A stretch of 64,000 nucleotides of DNA from the NCBI GenBank assembly GCA_023920165.1, contig CP089276.1, forward strand, positions 4,340,001-4,404,000, in the 5' to 3' direction. The notes below the pieces were generated by a model, which searched no databases, was not told where the DNA came from, and saw only the letters and a list, made by a program, of their open reading frames with translations. Of this stretch, positions 38,696 to 51,508 are shown one piece after another. The stretch's first letter is position 1, and each line of letters begins with the position of its first letter. The position numbers were made by a program, and so were the translations under genes. The stretch is from Curvularia clavata. Its lineage: Eukaryota.

Positions 38696-40399
38696 TTACA
38701 GCATCGATACTTGGCTAACGTCCACTGCAATCTGCATTGTGAAGGGGTACGGTTTGTCAAAACAGTTATCCCAGCGTCTGTTGCCTGATGCCCAAAATGA
38801 CTCAAGTATTTTCTGCGCTGTGAGTGGTATGGATGTGCCGACAGACCAACTCAGTTTTGACAGCTGTTCCGAGACAAAGGCACGAGTCGCTGTATCACTG
38901 TAAACCGCCTCCACACCTTGGACCACGAGTGGCCACAGCATAAACCTCTTTGTCCTTGCAGATGAGAGACTTTCAGCAAGATGGAACGACAGAGTCTGGC
39001 CATGACCAACGCAAATGTTCCTCAGTACCGTATTCTCAGGTAGTACGAACGCGCTCTGTAGTGAGAGAACGCAGTAAAGTGCTGTTGCAGATCTGTAGAC
39101 AGTGCCAATGCGCACCCAATCTGCTTTGGACGAGGATTTGGATCGTGCTGACTCTTCTGGTGAGTATGTCTCAATACAATCCAGTATGCTGTAAGCTTCT
39201 TGCAATAGATCTTGCTCGTTGCAATCTTTGTTGGTCTGAGCCCGCAGACGAAGGTGATTGATCTTGCAAACCTGGGCTAACAGTTTTGGAGGAAACATTT
39301 GTGTTGGTGTCTCTACGAACCGGTAGTGCCTTTGAATGAACTGTAACGTTTCAAAATGCGAGATCGGCGATGAGGCCAGGTGAGATGCTGGACATGTGGT
39401 ATTCATGATAATGCTCGTGCTAGACGAAAGAATTAGTACCCAGCCGTTGTCGCATTCAACAGCGTTGTATCTCAATTCACGTACTACCAGAGACAGTTGA
39501 TCAATGGGAGGAGACTTTTGGATGACGCCAATGTAAGGAATCCACCACGCAGGCTGACAAGTTTGTGAATTCCATAGAGATGATGCTGACATGAAACTTG
39601 ATCCCCATGCTGAATCTGCGAGCCAAAATTTCCAATTCAGTTGACGCTCTGCACCCCAATTCCCAGGGTTATACTTACATCAGAAAGTAAAAGGGTCAAA
39701 ATTCCGGCAAAGACCACATCGCTCGTGCGCTTGCTTTCGAAGTTGAAATGCTCGCTGAGTGAGCTGATCGTCATGCCCCGATGGATGTAATATCTCTGAA
39801 CCAAATCGGCTGGCCGCAGGTTGGATCCAGTCCCAAGTCGGTTGATCCGGTGGCTCAGGGTCATACAGATGAGGCCAGATCGTAGAAATTCTGGAACCGA
39901 TGTAGCTTCCCGAATGCGTGTAGATGATGCGTAGTGTATATGAGGATGTCTTCCAAGTTCGTGTATGGGATTCAGATCTTGTAAGATGCATGTATTGTCT
40001 GGAAAGTTAAAGTCAGTTGCTGGTCCTTGGGGGTGTGATTAGGTATGGTGACTTGCAGTACTCTGCAGCTTGAAACAAGTCAGTGATAGCACATTGTTCG
40101 GCCGTGATACATGATATGCGCCGATCAATTCTTCTCAGCCCGAAAGCCTGAACTGGGGCGGCTAAGCTGGACCGTGGTTTCTTGACTACCTTAACATCTT
40201 TCCTTCTGCGGCTGCGGGACAAAATCTTTCCAGGTGCAAGCCACTTCAATCTTCGGGGTTCGACCTTGCCGTATCCGGGGCATGATATACCAGCTGTCGA
40301 ACACCTACGGCATGCTGGTTCGGTGAAATCACACACTACGCAGCTTCGACGACATTGCCAGCAATGTTGCTTTCGCTCCAAGGACTTCGGCTCAGCCAT
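38696..40399 (-). CDS. Zn2Cys6 transcription factor with fungal-specific TF domain; 3 introns, the first GC-AG (39999-40056)
   Basis: CWQCRRSCVVCDFTEPACRRCSTAGISCPGY..LKWL; C-terminal LWPLVVQG and WDNCFDKPY. Confidence 0.88.
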
Positions 40400-41418
40400 A
40401 CTTTAGCGTAATCCAGGATATTGGTAAAGATTTTTTTTTAGGTATATAATTCCAAGCCCAATATATGTGAGGGTGGGCTCTTTTGGGGCTTGTACATAAC
40501 GAATGAAGGGTGCCTAGTTCTTGCTGCGGCGCAGCCAGCGATTACGCAGCGAGGTAGGCTTATGTAAGGTTATTCCCCACGAAAATGTTTGCATCTACGT
40601 TGCCTTGGGAAAGCGAGGAAATAGGAGTGAACACGAGACTAGCACGCATATGCGTCCTTGGCTACCTATCGTACGAGTATGACGCATGCCCATCAATTTC
40701 TTCCAAATAGAAACAATGCATGCGACTCTCTGATTCTGCGTAGTTGTTTCGATATACCCTCCAATGAAGCTTGTGGTCATTGACTTTGTTTAATGATGTT
40801 CTCGCATGAGCCCAGTCGCTCTACTAAGCTAGCTACTTTGCTACAGCTTGTGCGTCTCCCGAAGACTTGCAACGAAACAAGGCAAGAGATGACCAATATA
40901 GCTGTACCTGAGGGCTGGGTCAAACTCTACCAATCTAGTGCATCCACCCAACCTCTATAAGATAAGGTGCCTTGAATTATGCTTGCTCCGGGCTTTGACG
41001 CTTCGCGCTTTAAGCGCCTCCCACTCGCGTATTGCTATATGTTATGTATGTTCAGAATACGAGCTCTCGATTGATGACGTAAAGGTAGGTTCCATTCCTC
41101 TCTCCTTGGCGCCTCTAATTTCCATGTGTTGTCCGATCTTTAAACTGACTCATATACCGCCTGCTTTGCCGCATGTATTGTCCAGATGCAAAAGGCTAGC
41201 TAAGTAGGTCTATACTAGCACATTCCTTCCATCGGAGAGTGGAAATTGTTGAGGCGGAGATTGGGTGCTCTTGTATAGAATGCCGTACCGAACAAATGGT
41301 AGCCGTGATACTCCCGGTGGCGTATATTATATTAGTGGACAGCTTGGCTACAGACTTGTTGAAGCTGAGGGATAAATAGGGGCCGACGATGGGTGAGTCG
41401 GCTGCAATATTCACTCGC

Positions 41419-42825
41419 TCAGCCAAGAGTAAAGGACCAATTCCACTCTCTCACGACATCTTCCCAATCTCGTCTACGCCCTCCTTCAGATTTTGGTCGC
41501 CAAACCTCTTTGAGAACTTTCTGCACACACTCGACGTTCTCATAACGGTTACGCTTCTGGATGCCTTCCAGTCTTCTGAAGCACTGCTCGATGGCTGTTT
41601 CATCATCCAGCTCTGCACCGGCCAGGAATATTGGGTAGAGTAGACTTGATTCGGCAGCGCTTCCTGGTGGGATGCGAGCAATGAAATCCATGGTACGGGA
41701 TGCACAGCCTGGAATGAGCGACGCATGGCTAGGCGAAGTACGGTAAAGTTGAATGAGGGCAGCAAGACGGTAAGCCTCTGCTAATGAGATCAGGTCGAGG
41801 GCTATGGGAGTATCGACACCTAGGGTGAAGGGATTCTCGTAACTCCAGTGTTGTATACCCTGCTCAATGACATGGAATGAGGCTTGAGTAGCCAGCGGGA
41901 AAGCTGGATTTGGAGCATTGACATATTGGATGCGGGAAATGAGGTCGCACAACTGATATGAAATGCCCATGAGCGGATCGATGGTACCGGGCATGAGAGC
42001 AGCACTGATGGAAAGCAGGCCTTGTTCGGCTGAGCACGCTTTGCCGGCATTGGAAACACGCGCCATGAGGGAGGCAGAGGCAAAGTGGTAGGTAAAGTGT
42101 CGATGGAGGGAGTCAACCTCGACACAATCCATAATGCTCTGCTCTGGAGATAGCGAGCTTAGGATACGCTGAACGCTTTTCAATTGAGAGATCCATCTAG
42201 TAGTCTTGACTCCATTGAGAGCCTCGAGGCCAACCAAGATGAGAATGACAGCGGTGACCTGGTAGGTATCTCTTGGTAGGCCACCCGCAGGAGGCAAGCG
42301 CTCTCGAATGAAGTCGTAGCATTTCTTTTCGTGACGAGTAGAGACAGACCTGAGGTGCCTAGCACGGTCTGCATCTTGGCTTCTTCGTGCCAATTGGGCA
42401 GAAGAAATGGCGAGAATGGCATCGAGCATGCCTTCAATCTGGAATGACCAGGGCATATACAGGCTAGTGTAGAAACTAGTAGGTATGGGGGCTACTTGTA
42501 CACTGGGCACAAATGCCTCTATGTAGTATTGCAGTAGATGCATTCTCTCAGCTCCCGGGTCCCCAGGCAGGGCATCCCAAGGATCGAGCGAGGACCGCAA
42601 AGGAAATGCCAGCTCGAGGTCAGGACTTTTGGGAGGGGATGGAGGAGTGCGTGGTGGCGAGACAATCTTGCGTGGAGGCTGCCATTCGCACTTGAGGTTC
42701 AGTCGTTCGCAGTTGGCACACAGGGGTTGTGCATTGTCGCATCTCTTGCGCCGAGTTCGACAGGTCAAGCAGCCTGTGCGGGAACGAGGAGCAAACTTGC
42801 GCTGGCGCGGCTTGGGCTCAACCAT
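41419..42825 (-). CDS. Zn2Cys6 transcription factor (468 aa, intronless)
   Basis: SRTGCLTCRTRRKRCDNAQPLCANCERLNLKC; IDPLMG, AEAYRLAALI, LYPIFLAG and DWEDV. Confidence 0.93.
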   Translation of the reverse strand: MVEPKPRQRKFAPRSRTGCLTCRTRRKRCDNAQPLCANCERLNLKCEWQPPRKIVSPPRTPPSPPKSPDLELAFPLRSSLDPWDALPGDPGAERMHLLQYYIEAFVPSVQVAPIPTSFYTSLYMPWSFQIEGMLDAILAISSAQLARRSQDADRARHLRSVSTRHEKKCYDFIRERLPPAGGLPRDTYQVTAVILILVGLEALNGVKTTRWISQLKSVQRILSSLSPEQSIMDCVEVDSLHRHFTYHFASASLMARVSNAGKACSAEQGLLSISAALMPGTIDPLMGISYQLCDLISRIQYVNAPNPAFPLATQASFHVIEQGIQHWSYENPFTLGVDTPIALDLISLAEAYRLAALIQLYRTSPSHASLIPGCASRTMDFIARIPPGSAAESSLLYPIFLAGAELDDETAIEQCFRRLEGIQKRNRYENVECVQKVLKEVWRPKSEGGRRRDWEDVVREWNWSFTLG

Positions 42826-43424
42826 GGTCGGAGGGTTCGGAGATGTGCGAAGAGCTTGATGGAGATAGTCACCGAGGCGACATGAAGACGTGCATGGTGG
42901 TGCGAATGCGATTGTTGGCGGGCTCGACGATTGTCGAGCGGGTCAGATTGTCACGATGGCGGGCCCGGGCCGGGTGCGGTATCGATAAGCATGTTGTGTG
43001 ACTAATCGGGACGACTGACAGATGCGGAATAGCGCGACCGTCGTGGCATAGCACAGGCAGGCGCGACGGAATCAATGCATCCATGCATCCATTCATCCTT
43101 CGCCATTGTCCACCTGCAAGGTACAGTGTACAGTACACGCCTAGAATGTGCGAAGGATCAAGCCCAGGACTTGGGTCGGCCATGCTGCCGTGCGACGAGG
43201 CCAGCCAGTTGCTGCTTCTGCCCCCACGTGCCTCGTGTACCTGTCATGCCTTACCGCCTTAGGAAGCATGGCCTTATCCTCATCTCCGACACTAACGCCT
43301 CTGGTCAACACGACAAGCTTCATCCGCCATGGGTGCGTTTATCGGGCCTACATATAAGAATGCTTGTGAGCATGCAGCCTCGACTCGGTAGCCTCCTCCA
43401 ACCTGTCCACCCCAAAAAGCGGCC

Positions 43425-44946
43425 ATGAAGCTCCTCGCATTGGCTATTGCAGCCAGCAGCACTGCAGCTGTCGCCCAACAGGATTTCAACATCTTCCAGC
43501 ACATTGGAGGCAACGGACAATGGTACCCAGGCGAAGAGAGAACCGGCATCTCGTCCGAAGTGCCCGAGGGATGCAAAGTCGACTTGGCAGGTACGGCGGC
43601 CTCGTGATGCAGCCAGCATGAACACCTGCCGGATAAATCACACTGACACCAACCCAGCCTTCTTCTCCCGCCACGGCTCACGGTATCCCGACAGGGGTGC
43701 CTACAATGGATGGGTTGATTTCGCAAAGTACATCCAAGCCGCTGGCAACTTCACCGTTACCGACAACAAGCTTGCTTTCCTCAAAACTTGGAAGCCTGTC
43801 TTGTCCAAGCCCGATGCTCAGATTGCCAACCTGAGTCCGACTGGTTGGAAAGAGCTCCACGAGATGGGCACAACCTGGCGCCTTCGCTACCCGGATCTGT
43901 ACGAGTACAACACGCCTTTCACCATGTGGGCCAACTACTACACGTCTGCGCCTCGTGTGCGAGACAGTGCACGTCTATTTGCCCAGGGGTTTGTGGGGCC
44001 CAACGCGACTGACCTCACTACCATTTATGCCCTCAATGCGAGCGATCCCGCTAGCTGGGGCAATTCTCTCGCTACCAGTGATCTTTGCAAGGCCTACAAT
44101 GACCAAGGCGGTGACCCGGTGAAGCCAGTGTGGGACTCGATCTATCTAACACGCATTGCTGCTAGGCTCAATGCTCAGATCCAAGGTGGTCTGAACCTTA
44201 CAAACAGCCAAGTTGATCAGATCCCATACCTTTGCGGTTTCGAGACGCAGATCACTGGCCATCGCAGCCCTTTCTGCGACATCTTCACTGAGGAAGAAAT
44301 ACTGCAGTACGAGTATGCCCAAGACCTCCGCTATTGGTATGGGACTGGTCTTGGCTCGGATATCGAGAAGTACCAGATGCTACCAGTCATTGACATGACC
44401 GTAAAACGCTTCGTCGATGGGCCCAACGCTACATACAAGACTAGCAACGGAACCTTTGTTCCGCCAAAGATTATGGCCAACTTCGCCAACGATGGCCAGA
44501 TCAACCAGATAGCCGCCATGATTGGCGTCTTTGACAGTCAACGTCCACTGCCTGGCAACATGTCGCTTCCTGACCGCCTATTCCGCTCCTCTCAAGTGGT
44601 CAAAATGCGCGGAACAGTCGCCTTTGAGCGATTGTCTTGTCCAGCCGCAGCTGGTGCACGCAACAGCACCTGCGCCTACGGCAACGTGAGCAATAATACA
44701 ACCTCGGACAGCTCGTACATGCGCATTCGCATAAATGACGTCGTCTACCCCGTCGTAGGCTGCACCAGTGGGCCCGGCTCTTCGTGTCCGTTGTCAGAAT
44801 ACCAGCAGATTATTCAGAGAAAGCGGGCTGAAGCCGGTGACTTTACCAAGATTTGTAATATGACTGATGGGAGACTTGCGCCCCAGCCAAACGCGACGTT
44901 TTTCTTTGACAACACACTTCCGTGGCAGATAGTGGTCAAGCCCTGA
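43425..44946 (+). CDS. Secreted histidine acid phosphatase / 3-phytase-like; intron 43591-43657
   Basis: Signal peptide MKLLALAIAASSTAAVA, catalytic RHGSRYP, LCGFET, YEYAQDLRYWYGTG, and many N-glycosylation sequons. Confidence 0.92.
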
Positions 44947-45923
44947 TGGCGTCATCTGGTCTTATGTAGATGGACGAGTGAGGTGTCAACTACCTAATCA
45001 TAATTATAAATACCTTTTTCAAAATCATCGTATTCTTTTTTCACGCCACAAATTGCGCATCCGTGACACCTACATCCAGTTGCCAATCAAGTAGCTTGTC
45101 AGGTTGAGTCATCTAGCGATATCGCAGGTTTTCGACATCTCGTTTGACATGCAAAGGGCGCGCGCAGCTACCGGCCCACATGCTGTTTAGCGCATCTGGC
45201 TAAGGCGTACGCCCTACGCCCAGCTTGTTGATTTGTATGTACTCTTCACGCGCCGTTCGGCTCCTGCTCGAATAGATTCAGCGGGCCATTGCATCAAGCT
45301 CCTGCATCCACAGGAAATATACCCACTATTGGGACGGCTAACTGCAGAACCTGCATGGGTTGTCTCGCTTCGCTCGCTTTTCTGTGGGTTAGTGACTTAA
45401 GCACTGCGCACGCTGTTAGACAGACCATGCCTGTTGCCGGGGTAAGTGCGCATCCGGTGGCCTAAATTCTGACTTTTTGACATGATGGGCGCAAGGCATG
45501 TTCCAGTTGACACGTCGGAAAGGCGCAGTCACGTTTGATGGTGTAATCATGTGCTACGGATCCTCCATGGCTAGACATGATATACATTAACCATGGAGCA
45601 GAGGGTTAGGTATAAAACACGTACGGTGCCCACTCAGCATAACACAAGACCGTACCTGGAACGCAATACAAACGCAATTCAACGCGAGCATTGATTTACC
45701 CACGGTATTGCCAGTTGTAGCGACATCAAAGCCAGCTTTGGCTAATAGATTAGCAGATAATCTCTTTTCCCCCTTCGTTGGATATCCGTCACGCTCAATC
45801 ACTTGCATTGTAGCAACACGAAAAAGGCCTCCTTTTATCCTATACACGCACTCAGACCTTGAAACCTCGACATTACCAAACTCTATCGAGTCTTATTTCA
45901 GCACCACTCCACATTTGCCCGCC

Positions 45924-46199
45924 ATGTCCGCGTCCACGGCAACAACACCTCGAACCTCTTTGGAACTTCTCAAACCATATTCCTCATTCTCATCCTCATC
46001 CTCACCATCAGGATGCACACAGAAACATCCAAGCAAGACAAGAAGCATGTGGAACTCTATCAAGCAGCATGCGAGGGAACACCACGACAGCGTGAATGCG
46101 GCATATGCTACCTATTATGGCCAAGGCGCATGCAGGCGTGTCGACACAGGGATGGAGAAACAGGAGGTATGGCAATATCAAAAAAGTCAACGTAGCTAG
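45924..46199 (+). CDS. Small hypothetical protein (91 aa)
   Basis: GCC-ATG context. Ser-rich N-terminus followed by WNSIKQHAREHHDSVNAAYATYYG, which looks like a real coding motif. Confidence 0.6.
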   Translation: MSASTATTPRTSLELLKPYSSFSSSSSPSGCTQKHPSKTRSMWNSIKQHAREHHDSVNAAYATYYGQGACRRVDTGMEKQEVWQYQKSQRS

Positions 46200-47212
46200 T
46201 CTGGTCGCTACAGAAAGGCCAAGAGAAAACAGAGACTGGTGAACAGGTTGACACGGCGAATCTCATATCATGTGTATTTCGGTAATACGGTGTCTTTGGA
46301 GTTGGATCTATTCGCGCAATCTTCAAGTTGTCCTGCAACTTTGTAATACGATACACATTGGTTTTATTATTAGCTTCTTTCCTCCCTCATATCGCTAACT
46401 CGGAGTGTCAGTGACGTTCTTACTTATCTTGCGACGCATCATTCGCTCGAAGCCTTCAATATCCATAAATGCTATGTCTGGTTCTTGATCGAGCGTCAGC
46501 CATGGATCACTTCAATGAAGGTATCTTCGTTACAACGAAAGCCTAGGTAATAATGTAGTACCAATCTCAGGATCTGTATTGGGCCATGAGAACCTGGCAA
46601 AGTTACCTTCAGAATACTAAGTATTTGATTCTCTTCAACAAATCCAGATCGCCCGATAGCTGATATGTGATTGGTCTGCGAAGGTTACATCTGCGTGGGT
46701 TCCCTCCTGGCGCAATACTCACATCATGCCTCTATGCAGGCCGCCTGGGCCCCATCTAGATCTCCCTGCGTCCTTTTGATCATTTGCTGATTTTTCCTAT
46801 AGAAATCGCAACTCAACCCCATTATGAAGATTTCGCATATGTGCAGTCACAAGTTCTCGCCGTCCCAACATTAGCCGGGGGCGAATGGGTAAATATCGAA
46901 GCCACAACTCCCAGCTAGGTTTCGCGTCGGATGTATTCCCGCTGTTGTTCCCTCGTATATGCTAGGGCCCCTCCATCCGACCAAATATGACACCCAATCA
47001 TGTCGCGGGTGCAAATTGGGTATGCCTCCCAGATTCAGCCTCAAATCGACATTCCTCTAAATAACAGCAAATAGACACAATCGCGACGAGTCCGTTTCAC
47101 AGCAATCGGAATCACGAAAACCGCAGTGTGGTCCTCGAGCGCGTGCCTCTACAGAGTTGTGGCTCCGCCAATAGCGCTCATGGTTCAGGCTTTGCTGCTG
47201 TCGTTGTGGACA

Positions 47213-48411
47213 ATGACGTCACAAAAGCCAGAAGAAAGAATGCTTCTCGTACATAGAGATGTGCGAAGCGAAAAGCAAAGCTCAATCATGTTTGTAGGCA
47301 TCTGCCTCACGGTTATGATTGTTCTAGCAGCGCCAATGGTTTGGGTGTGGACAGCAGACCGTATCAAGAGAAGGAAACTGGACCCGTTTAGAAGGCTGAG
47401 AGATCTTGAGCGTAACAAAAAAGGCTCCGGCTCAAGTCCACCTCCTTACGAACACAAACCAATGGTTGACTCTATATGGGCGAGGCAAGAACAATATAAG
47501 ACACCCAAGCCTCCGAGAGCAATAACGGCCGATCAGGTTTTAGGCATTGATAAGGCGTCGTATTTGCAGCGCATTGTACCGCAGAGTGGTTCGTAAGCTG
47601 CACAGAAACTGTAAAGCTTTTGCTGATCAGCATAAACAGAGGGATCATCTCAGCTACTCACTGCAGCTCCAGCACACCTTGGCTGGGCGCGGCAAAGAGT
47701 TGCTGTGACGAAAAACGGTGAACAGTGTATCAGCCCCTGGGATGCAGAACATGCTCCCAATCCTGTAATCTTCCCATGGCTCTCAAAAGGAAGCTTGACA
47801 CCTGGGGACGCCAACTCCGAAAGCAAGCAAAGCTTGCAAATCCCGACAAGAATGAACTCGTCAACACCGGGAGCTTCTTCCTCTTCAGAAGATACGACAA
47901 GTCTTTCCGTTGATAGCGTATCTTTGGGCTATCCAATAGAATTCACCGATATCTCTGAGAGCAGTGAAAAATCATGTGAACTATCAGATACTTGCCCAGA
48001 AGAGGGAAACAGATCAACTCGATCACATGAAGCAGACGCACCTGCTTCTAAGTCATCTGACAGAGAACCAGCTTCACACTATTGTGATGTGTGTAAAACA
48101 AATTTTGCCACGCAGGGGAAACTCAAGTACGTCGATTTCAAGATTTTGAATGCCGACCCCCGGACTAACAGAGCTGTAGTATGCACTTGAACCGCAAGCA
48201 TCGCCGGCGCTATCATTGCCAACACTGCCCCTCAGCGTTTGCGCTCAAGGCCGATTTGAGGCGCCACGAGCGAAGCGTCCACAAGGACATGTATACTGCC
48301 CATGCATTCTACTGCCCTAACCCAACGTGCACGATTCCAGAAAAGATATTTGTACGGAAAGACAATTTGGAAAGACACGTGCGACGATGTCGCAATCGTG
48401 ACACAAAATGA
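47213..48411 (+). CDS. C2H2 zinc-finger protein with a predicted N-terminal transmembrane helix; introns 47589-47639 and 48127-48179
   Basis: Fingers CDVC..HLNRKH, CQHC..HERSVH and CPNPTC..HVRRC. A GTTCGT...GCTGAT...AACAG intron joins the TM-containing ORF in frame. Confidence 0.7.
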
Positions 48412-49068
48412 GAGGCCAGCAAGCATACGTGCATGCATGCTCTTGTTGATAAGGGATCTTGGCATCACATTCTGTCCAGCAGATGCAGCATGCCATACAG
48501 CCACCAGTCCTGACAGCAGCATCATAATCTCATCCGAAAATTCTTGCGTAATGCCTCATGAGCTGGGCGGTCTTTGCAAGGCGCTTGATCACGGGCAGAG
48601 AAGCGCAAACCCGGGATCGGAGACTTGGTTTCTGATGACTCTGGTGCAGAGAGCGAGAAATAATGGTTTACATGTTCCGGAAACTAGAGATCTAGATCGT
48701 AAACATTAAGGAAGCGCATAGACCCCATTGGTGGGATGAGGGGATGCTTTCCAAAGGACAGGTAGACTAAAAAGTCCCGCGGAATGACGTGCACTGGGTC
48801 TTGTTTACAACAACATATCTTGGACTCGAATTTCTGCTCTACCAATAGCAGACTTTGTATGTCGACTTGGCAAATATCCTAGGGTTTACACCTGTTATGG
48901 GAGATGGACGTGCTCTCTCCCACAACCAGTAAAATTGGAAAATGAAAATGAGCTCAAGATAGTGGATAATAAACAACTGTAACAACTACACCTACTTCCA
49001 AATCAGGTCACCATTTTCCGGTTTCACCAGCTGTAAAAGAGACATCATAGGACCAGTTCATCAAAGAT

Positions 49069-49640
49069 TTATTCTAAGTTTAGACTGGTCTTGGTAGAGC
49101 CAAGAATGGCGACATTGTGTTCCCCTGCGTCATAACATGATGCAAAGTCTTGCAGCGCCATTTTTCTTTTTAACATGAAGTGATGATAACGAAGAACCGT
49201 TGAAAAATCAGCGTGTGCAAATATCGGGGTTATGACGGAACTTGCATCAGCTAAGACTGGTGTATCGAACATTGAAGAAAGCTTTGGAAATTATTGATTG
49301 ATATAATGGTACAAGGCAATTGGGTATCCAAAACGTCAACGCTCTAATGGTGTATTAAAAAAAACTCTGGCCAGCGGCCGTCTTAAAAAGCAAGTGTCCG
49401 AGCACCGGGTTACTGAAATCTCATCGTGCACGGTTGTCCACTACCGAAATCTTTCCACAATGCACCCAAAAAAGCTGCCATTTGACTTTGCCTCAACCGC
49501 CACCGTATGATATGCGTGGGCGTCAATGTTGGGTTTTGGCAGAAGACAGTAATTCTTGATTGAATGAGTGTCGAAATGGAGATCTTCTTGGAAGGGACAC
49601 GAAGCACAGAGATGTGGCAACGAGCGTTGGGGATTCAACA
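49069..49640 (-). pseudogene. Possible relic of a flavin-dependent monooxygenase
   Basis: Broken frames. VLADASSVITPIF..F....HH followed by NVAILGSTKTS resembles the FMO signature / second dinucleotide-binding region. Confidence 0.3.
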
Positions 49641-50030
49641 AAGCAAACTCCTGCAGGCTTGTTCTTGTAAACTAGCAATGTTGGTTTCCTAACATTACAT
49701 TGTTGGGCTGTCGGAATGAAATAGTGCTTTTGTCGATCATGATTCTAGTGTGTGGAGATTGATGGTGCTGATATTACATGTTGCGGGTATCGTATAGTGA
49801 TAAACGTCGTAGTGCCTGCCAGACTTGTCGAACAAGGCAACACAAACTACGTTTGCATGTGAACGAAGGTTGGTTGTGTTGAGTGGATGATGGATGTAGA
49901 CGGCAACTGTGGGTCGCGACCTGTTTGGCGGGCCGGAGCCTTGCTGGCGGTCCACCCGGGTAATATGGAGGGTTTTGGGATTGTGTGCGCTAGCCGGGCA
50001 AACTTGTTTATGGGCTGCGTGTACAAGGGT

Positions 50031-50219
50031 CTACTCCTTGGGCTTTGGCAGCGACAGCTGGGTGGAGCTCCTTGACACGCTCGGCCTGGTGTTGGTATCG
50101 GTCTGGGTCGGCGCTGAGTCCTTCTTGAGCATCGACTGCCACTTGGAGGTTGTCATTTTGACCAAGTCCTTGAAGAGGGTGTGGTCCGACGGGGCCGGAT
50201 TGCCGTCTAGATGATACAT
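50031..50219 (-). CDS. Possible small protein (62 aa)
   Basis: C/G-ending codon bias and a good ATG context. No recognised domain. Confidence 0.3.
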   Translation of the reverse strand: MYHLDGNPAPSDHTLFKDLVKMTTSKWQSMLKKDSAPTQTDTNTRPSVSRSSTQLSLPKPKE

Positions 50220-51508
50220 TGAGGTTCGCGTGTAGCCGGGAAATGTGAGTTTGCGTTTGAGGAGCGCGCGAAATGCTGCGTCGAGAGGATATGGGAAAGG
50301 TCTTGGTGGTTGACGAGCAAAAAAAGAGTACAGTGGAGAGTGAATGGTGCCTTAGCGGGAGTGGAGCATTTTATGGCCGCGTGCTATTTGCGCCTTACTT
50401 TTTGCCGGCGGGTGGCGGAGCAATCTAGCCACTTCCCCTCTCGGAGCCCCGCGATTTTCCGATGATCACCTGCATCCTCGACCACCCCAGGGCTGACTTG
50501 TCCCATGTTCTCCCACGCCTCGTTACCATACACCTGCCTCATCTATGCACACACACATTGCTTCTGCTCTGCATGCAAAGACACGTCGCGGTTAAATGGC
50601 GCGTCCTGCACCAGAGTGCGTACTAACGCCGCTGCGCAGCCAGCCCCCTCGTCGTCACCGCACCTTTGCCATAGGCCTACAGCCACAGCAAGTCTGACGT
50701 CTCACCGCCGCCGATGCTCAGAGGCGGAAAGCTGAGAGACGGCTTCTTTTTCCAAGCATAGAAGAGATTCGCAGTCCAGTCGACTCAGCCAGTGGGGATC
50801 CATGTACTCTTGGTCTAGTCACGTTTTGGGAATAGAGCCGACTCTAAGACAACAGTGCCGAGCGCCAGGTACTCCTTGGATGTACATTAGACTCAAATAG
50901 GGCGAGCTGAATGATGGAACATTCAACTACACTTATTGCTGACCCAAGTATGTCTTCTCAGGTGCGAATCGTCTGCAACGTGAAAACATCTGCAACTTTT
51001 GCTCGACAAACTTCGTCTTGGCGGTCACAGCCCTGTCACATTTCCCAGGGAATATTACGCTTTTTCATATCGGATCTCACACTCGCCTTGTGACGAAGGC
51101 CGTATACAGATTTCTCGCGAGTAGGCTCTCGCAAACAACAAAACCAGAGGGTGGCGGCTTCCCAAGATTATATCCTGAGACGTGCTCATGGCCACGGTAG
51201 AGCAAAGCAACTCTGAGCCAATATGTATGTAATCCAAACATCACCACACAACCCAAGTTTGCATGTGTGGTTGGTTGGAGCCACTCACGGTTTGGCAACA
51301 GGCCATGCAGGCTGCTCCTCAGCGGTAGTGCCGGCATCAGACACTGAATCCTGGACCATGAGACGTGCAGGTACCCGTGTATTTGCATGAAGCCAAGTTT
51401 CTAACAAATGTCTACTTATAGCGGAAACGCATTCAACCTCAGACTAGCAGCTTCTTTTGGTCGCGCAATACCGCCCACGGAAAACGTAAAGTATAGCGAG
51501 TTACTGCA

